From the IMG/VR virus record IMGVR_UViG_3300038393_001401: a DNA stretch of 64,000 nt, one strand, 5' to 3'. Both the position numbers and the translations under genes were made by a program. Source of the stretch: a virus. The notes under the pieces are model-generated. The model ran no database searches and had not been told where the DNA came from. It saw nothing but the letters and a program-made list of their open reading frames with translations. Shown here piece after piece: positions 58,511-64,000 of this stretch (its first letter is position 1; each line of letters begins with the position of its first letter).

Positions 58511-59974
58511 TTAATTTATCGTAAACCTTCTTCCAACCAGCAATAGTACACCAGCCACAGCAGTAGTTGCTATACTCAATATTGTAGTTCCGTTTCCAGT
58601 GGCATTCGTTGCAGTTACGGTGTAGTTAGTTGCACCTGATGTAACTGTAGGTGTACCAGAAATTACGCCTGTACTGGTGTTAAATGACAGACCGGTGGGT
58701 AATGCCGGGGATATACTCCACCCCGTTGCAGCATCACCAGAATATGTAGGTGAGATGTTACTAATGGCATTGCCAACCGTAAATGAATAAGACGATGGGC
58801 TGTAGCTTATTGTTGGGGCGGTGCCTGTAATAGTATTCCATGGAGAGCCTGTCCATAATGGGCTTGGTAAGAGCGCATCCGTCATCGTTCCATCTGTTGA
58901 ATATTGCGATGTGTTAGTTGACCAGTCCACTGAAAGTGCTGCGCCACCAGCTATACCTGTTGAAGTTGACGCCCCACTATTATCTTGGTACCAGGCTATC
59001 GCGCTACCGCCTTTATTTATCCAACTAATTTTATTATTTGTAATCGTAATATTGTTGCATGGTGCGCCAGAATAATTACCAAAACCTATACCTTCAAAGC
59101 AATAATCATACATAGGCGAATACATTTGATTATTGTTAAGAATAATATTAGTACCGCCTTGAACCTGAGCACCCTCTGCGCCTGATTTTACGAAGATGTT
59201 ATTATACCCGTTTTGATAGCTACCACCTTTATCCCCTAATATTAAACCAGCGTATCCACCAGAGTTGCTACCACCACCTCTGACTTTAAGGTCATGGGTT
59301 AATATATAACTTGCTGCTGTGCCGTTGCACTGATAGAAGTTAAACACATCGCCTACACCATCCCTTTGCGCTTCTGTTAATGACATGTCAACCTCAGACC
59401 AACAAGTAGCCACCTCTATACCAGAACCACTACAGCCAACCATTTGACAAGCACTTCCAGAACCGGACGCCCTGGTGCCACCAACTCCAATATTATAAAA
59501 GTAGCAATTTTTAACGAGTAGGTTTGCCACACCGCCAGACCCGCAGTTATTAAAGTAAAGACCACGATAACCACCCGTAACATAACAGTTGTTTACAGTT
59601 ATATCATGGTTATTAGGTCCGTAGAAATAAAAGATACCATTGGTTGATGTACTATTCTGCCCACAGATATTATTGATGGTTATATAACTACCTGAAAAGG
59701 TAATACAAGGGGCATTTGCGCCCCCCGCATCAAACATAACGTTATTGGTAGCAGTACCGTACAGATCAAATGTTATTGGGCTACCAGACGATCCTGAGCA
59801 GTGAAATGTAAATGTTCCAGATATCGTCTCTCCCTTATTCCATAGTATCTTATCGCCAGGCAAGAATCCACCACCAGTATCAAATGACTGAGCCTTTGCT
59901 GGCGTCCATGCCTGTGCTGCTGAAAGTCCGGTGTTTGAAGCCGACCCCGAATTTGATATATAATAATTTGCCAC
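58511..59974 (-). CDS. parallel beta-helix protein (tailspike/depolymerase candidate)
   Basis: Repeated NNCYVTGG / NNCGSGG / KNCYFYNIG PbH1-like turns. G/S/N/T-rich. Confidence 0.45.
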   Translation of the reverse strand: MANYYISNSGSASNTGLSAAQAWTPAKAQSFDTGGGFLPGDKILWNKGETISGTFTFHCSGSSGSPITFDLYGTATNNVMFDAGGANAPCITFSGSYITINNICGQNSTSTNGIFYFYGPNNHDITVNNCYVTGGYRGLYFNNCGSGGVANLLVKNCYFYNIGVGGTRASGSGSACQMVGCSGSGIEVATCWSEVDMSLTEAQRDGVGDVFNFYQCNGTAASYILTHDLKVRGGGSNSGGYAGLILGDKGGSYQNGYNNIFVKSGAEGAQVQGGTNIILNNNQMYSPMYDYCFEGIGFGNYSGAPCNNITITNNKISWINKGGSAIAWYQDNSGASTSTGIAGGAALSVDWSTNTSQYSTDGTMTDALLPSPLWTGSPWNTITGTAPTISYSPSSYSFTVGNAISNISPTYSGDAATGWSISPALPTGLSFNTSTGVISGTPTVTSGATNYTVTATNATGNGTTILSIATTAVAGVLLLVGRRFTIN

Positions 59975-59990
59975 TAAATCCCCCCCCCTG

Positions 59991-62900
59991 TTAAATTCCC
60001 GTTACCGTCCAGTTAGTTCCGTTCCATCTGCCAGACACGTGACTGGTTCCACCTCCTGCTATGGTTGCACCAAATGTATTAACTGTACTGTCTGAAAAAT
60101 TACAAACTACACCTATGCTTGGCGAAGTAGGCCTATTAGCAAATGTTATTTCATTAGACCCAAGTGATCTGATTGTTTTAAAATCCCCCGAATTTGTCAA
60201 TGATGCCACATCTGTACCAGCGCCCATAGTATTTGTTGTACTAAGGTTAGCTGCCCAGTATAAACTATATGTTGGCGATCCGCTACTTACTGTCCTAAGT
60301 TCGTTGTACATAAATGCCCAGTTTTGAGCAGCAGTAGCAGTGGTATTCCAGACAGGGGCCATCCATCTGACCCTTAATGAATTTAAAGAAGTATTAGTAC
60401 TTGATGCACTAGCATTATTGTATATAAATAAACCATCCGAACTAAACGTTGATGATGTTGAAAACTGACTAGTGGTGAAAATGCCGTTTGATGTTACACC
60501 GGACGAAAGCGTTAAACCACCGCTTGTATTAATATTAAACACAGACGAACCGTTAAGCTGTAGGTCTATCAACTTTTGAGATGCGGAGCTTGATCCACTG
60601 CTTGTTCTATTAATAATAAAGTCTGTAAATGCAGCAGAACCACTTAGTGTAACACTATGAAGTAACTTGGTACCATAATTAGAGCCAGATGATATAGTTA
60701 GTGTCTGACCAAAAGTATTTAATCCAGTCCAGTTGAATGCGTAGGTCTGGTCGACAGAAAGTGTACCTGTGGTAGTAATCGGCCCACCTGTCAATCCGGA
60801 ACCTGTCGCAATGTTCGTAACGGTTCCTGAACCACCAGCAGAACCGTTGCTAGCTGCTGTAATACGACCGTCAGCACCAACAGTTATGTTTGCATTTGTA
60901 TAGCTTCCTGCTGTTACAGCCGTCGTAGCCAACATCCCTGTTGTGATAAAGTTCGGCCCTATTGTATACGGATTGGTAGTTGATCCTGCTGTACCAGTAC
61001 CACCCGATCCAACAAACAATCCAGTCACAAAGTTTATAGACGTAGCGGCAAAGTTTGCCTGTACGTAAGCTGTGGTGGCTATCTTTGTGCTACTGTCGCT
61101 TGTGGCTACTGTTGGTGCAGTTGGAGTACCAGTTAACGCAGGTGAAGCCAATGGAGCATACGTACTAGATGCTGTGCTAGTAGTTAAATATGTACTATTA
61201 TCGTAACTAATTGTTGTACCAGATATCTTAACGAACCCAGTCCCAGATAATGCATGTTGTGCGTCCGTAATACCATATCCGCTTAAAGTAGTTGGTGTTC
61301 CGGTAATTGATGACCATGCCACGGTACCACCCGCACCAGTCTGCTGATCTAATTGGTAAGACACCCCGCTTATTCTTGTATAGACGTGCGTACCATCATT
61401 CCATATCATACCATCCAAAAGAGATGAAGGGGTGGTTACTGCCGTAAGTCTTATTGGAGCATTAAACTGGGCTGCTACAAATGATGTATTGGTGTAGCTT
61501 GTTATAGTTGCAACTGTAACTGTTGCGCCAGACCCTATTGGTGTACCAGTGGCATCTTCCAACACAATTGATATTACGTCCCCAACCGTGTAATTAACAC
61601 CACCATTGATTAATGTAGCCGATGTAACCACGCCAGCGGATACTACAACCCGTAGAACCATTCCCCTACCGGTGCCCCCGGTGACAATAGCATATTGTGT
61701 ACCATTTGGATAACCTGAGCCGCCAACTAATGAGCCGATTGTTGCTACGGTAGATGTTCCGTATGTCGGGCTGATATTAAGGCCAAACAGTGTATTATTA
61801 TTACCACTTGGTTTTAAATATCCCAACATGTTATAACCAAACGTATTACTACCCGTACCTGACGATTCTGGAAAATGTTGGATTGTACCGTCAGTTCCAA
61901 CACCAAGTTTTATGCTGTAATAGTTATTGAAATTAGCTATATAGCCAGTAGATGTATTATTTGTGGTTGTAACCGTTAAGGCTGAATTTGCATCTCCTAT
62001 ATCCCTGGCTATAAGTGTACCAGTTGCACCTGTGTATACTATAGAGTTAGATATTGATGTTAAACTAGCAATACCAGATCCGTAGAAAAGTCCAGAGCCG
62101 GTTACCGATGCCGCCAGGGTTCCATTATTTTGAAAATCTATAATCCTATTACCAGATACCTGATTTATTGTTAACGAGTTAGCATTGGTAGTAATTACTG
62201 TATTTCTATTTAATGTGCCACCGAGTACAACACCATTCGTAGCATCTGAGGCCGTCAAACCATTTCCCGCGTTAACAAAGTACGGAGAAGCACTTGTTCC
62301 AGCCCCGGTTAAAGTACCCGCACCAAAAATTAAAGCAGAACCACTAATCGCAGAATTTAAATCTGTGAGACGTACTACATCCTGCGGTTGAGTAGGGGTA
62401 TTCTGAACTTGTAAGTGAGTAAAGTAACTTAGAGGCCCATTACTACCATTGCCAAATGAAGCATATATGGTTCCATCATAATCATGAAATGTATGCTGAT
62501 GTGCAGAATAATCAATATTACCATTGCCCAACGCAACATTTTCTCCGACGGGACCATTTGCTGTAAGACCAGCATAATTTAAAGTAACGCCATGTGGCGA
62601 GTATGATGGATTGTATATATAGATGCTATCAGTTACAATAAACTGATGACCATTGTTAGTTATAGTTGTATCTTGAGTTAATAGACCCCCTAAAGTAACT
62701 ACACCACTAGTGTTAGTTAAACCATTAGTAAAAGATAACGGACTTCCACCACCACCTACAACTATCCATTGAGTACCATTCCATCTACCTAATACATTAT
62801 TACTGCCGCCTCCTGTTATAGTAGCTCCAACAACATTTGTAGAACTATCAGAAAAGTTATGAAGGTGCCCAACAAAATTACCTATATATCCACTAACTGT

Positions 62901-63863
62901 AGTTGCTAACCCAGGAAGATTACCATATTGTGCATATTGATATTTACTCCATGTCGCATTAAGTGGAAACAGAATAGATCCACCGGCAATACTACTTGTA
63001 CTATTATACCCTATTAATCCTGTATTATTTATTGTATCAACTACCCTGATAGGAGACCCGGATTTAGATGTTATAAGAAAACCAGCAGTAGTGGCCCCAC
63101 CAGCAGGAGAAGCAGATATTGTAAGCTCTGGATTATTGGAATTAGCTGAGTTATTAAGGCTATCGTAATCATTGTCTATCCTTATCCCGGCAACCGCTGA
63201 ATTTGGATTTGATGTATCCGCTTTATATGTTAACTGTACACTTGTTGCAGATGAGGATATTGTGGTCTGCTCATTTGGTAAAACAAAATTTCCACCAAAC
63301 TGTACTAAAAAACTAGAACCAGTATTTAATGATGAATCGGTAAATTTTAATTGTTTACCCTGGGTATCAATAGTTGTATTTCTAACTAATGATCCACCAA
63401 GTTCTACTGGCCCCCAAATCTTGTTAAGACCATTATCGAAAGTATAGGCTGAGGCCAAATCTTCTAGCCTAACCACATCGGTTGGCTGTACAGGCGCTTG
63501 CTCAACTCTTGCTGTTCCACTAATCCATAGGCTTGCTCCCTGCGGACCGTTAAACTGATTTTGAATGAACTGATTACTGTCTGCAGGTGGGTAAATTACT
63601 GTACCAGTAAGTGACGTGACATCTCCAAGCGATATGTAGTAATCACCAAGTAAATACTTCGCATAAAACGATAATTTACTTAGCCTGCCTGTGTCACCAT
63701 TTGGATCATTTGATAACACCCCTATGCTCTTAAGTATAGTGTATGTGTATCTGACCCGCAGATGAAGGTCGCTGCAGTCTATATTATTCTTCTCCTTCCT
63801 TATAATATCGGTTATTAATTCAGAAAGGGAGAACCGTAAAGAATCATATGAGATATCAACCAT
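59991..63863 (-). CDS. very large S/T/G/N-rich tail-fibre-like protein
   Basis: 1290 aa of low-charge beta-rich composition. Adjacent to the beta-helix gene. Confidence 0.45.
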   Translation of the reverse strand: MVDISYDSLRFSLSELITDIIRKEKNNIDCSDLHLRVRYTYTILKSIGVLSNDPNGDTGRLSKLSFYAKYLLGDYYISLGDVTSLTGTVIYPPADSNQFIQNQFNGPQGASLWISGTARVEQAPVQPTDVVRLEDLASAYTFDNGLNKIWGPVELGGSLVRNTTIDTQGKQLKFTDSSLNTGSSFLVQFGGNFVLPNEQTTISSSATSVQLTYKADTSNPNSAVAGIRIDNDYDSLNNSANSNNPELTISASPAGGATTAGFLITSKSGSPIRVVDTINNTGLIGYNSTSSIAGGSILFPLNATWSKYQYAQYGNLPGLATTVSGYIGNFVGHLHNFSDSSTNVVGATITGGGSNNVLGRWNGTQWIVVGGGGSPLSFTNGLTNTSGVVTLGGLLTQDTTITNNGHQFIVTDSIYIYNPSYSPHGVTLNYAGLTANGPVGENVALGNGNIDYSAHQHTFHDYDGTIYASFGNGSNGPLSYFTHLQVQNTPTQPQDVVRLTDLNSAISGSALIFGAGTLTGAGTSASPYFVNAGNGLTASDATNGVVLGGTLNRNTVITTNANSLTINQVSGNRIIDFQNNGTLAASVTGSGLFYGSGIASLTSISNSIVYTGATGTLIARDIGDANSALTVTTTNNTSTGYIANFNNYYSIKLGVGTDGTIQHFPESSGTGSNTFGYNMLGYLKPSGNNNTLFGLNISPTYGTSTVATIGSLVGGSGYPNGTQYAIVTGGTGRGMVLRVVVSAGVVTSATLINGGVNYTVGDVISIVLEDATGTPIGSGATVTVATITSYTNTSFVAAQFNAPIRLTAVTTPSSLLDGMIWNDGTHVYTRISGVSYQLDQQTGAGGTVAWSSITGTPTTLSGYGITDAQHALSGTGFVKISGTTISYDNSTYLTTSTASSTYAPLASPALTGTPTAPTVATSDSSTKIATTAYVQANFAATSINFVTGLFVGSGGTGTAGSTTNPYTIGPNFITTGMLATTAVTAGSYTNANITVGADGRITAASNGSAGGSGTVTNIATGSGLTGGPITTTGTLSVDQTYAFNWTGLNTFGQTLTISSGSNYGTKLLHSVTLSGSAAFTDFIINRTSSGSSSASQKLIDLQLNGSSVFNINTSGGLTLSSGVTSNGIFTTSQFSTSSTFSSDGLFIYNNASASSTNTSLNSLRVRWMAPVWNTTATAAQNWAFMYNELRTVSSGSPTYSLYWAANLSTTNTMGAGTDVASLTNSGDFKTIRSLGSNEITFANRPTSPSIGVVCNFSDSTVNTFGATIAGGGTSHVSGRWNGTNWTVTGI

Positions 63864-64000
63864 ATTATTTTGACTTAGATAGATCTGTTAAACAATTAAT
63901 TGACTCCTGTGCGGAACCAAGATCACCTATTGAAACATACCTTTGGGTAGATTCAAGAACTGCGTTAAACCACTCAAGTGCCCTAAGCGTTGTAGTAGGG

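Overview
Call: this window reads as a nearly complete genome of a temperate tailed phage of a Bacteroidetes host, or the matching prophage. Everything below comes from reading the sequence and ORF track by eye; no searches were run, tRNA calls were folded by hand, and all families are assigned from motifs only.

Host clues are about 40% GC, TTTG/TAnnTTTG-type promoter boxes, few Shine-Dalgarno sites, and lipoprotein signals.

Layout:
- 16.9 -> 0.26 kb, minus strand: late/structural operon with putative terminase large subunit, portal, scaffold, major capsid and tail/fibre-like proteins. It probably continues around a circular map into the minus-strand fibre and beta-helix genes at 63.9 -> 58.2 kb.
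- 21.8 -> 16.9 kb, minus strand: small early genes including a GroES-like co-chaperonin, a DUF2829-like protein, tRNA-Trp and tRNA-Met.
- 21.8-23.4 kb: a 1.6 kb gene-free hub.
- 23.4-44.6 kb, plus strand: accessory block with several tRNA and tRNA-like genes, some carrying insertions. It also holds a 15-bp tandem-repeat protein, an MH-clan metallopeptidase with zinc ribbons, an SPFH lipoprotein plus small membrane partner, a lambda-type Ser/Thr phosphatase and a DGQHR/ParB-like protein.
- 44.7-45.75 kb: divergent XRE-repressor and Xis/HTH switch.
- 46-54.8 kb: recombination and replication genes (Sak4-like ATPase, Mre11-like phosphoesterase, DnaB-like helicase, SSB, dUTPase, PD-(D/E)xK exonuclease, DnaG primase).
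- 54.9-56.5 kb: lysis genes.
- 56.5-58.1 kb: attP-like AT-rich region and tyrosine integrase.

Two short motifs recur genome-wide: a dyad-like TGTAATAT/ATATTACA element, and AAATTAATAGATAGAA immediately 5' of start codons.
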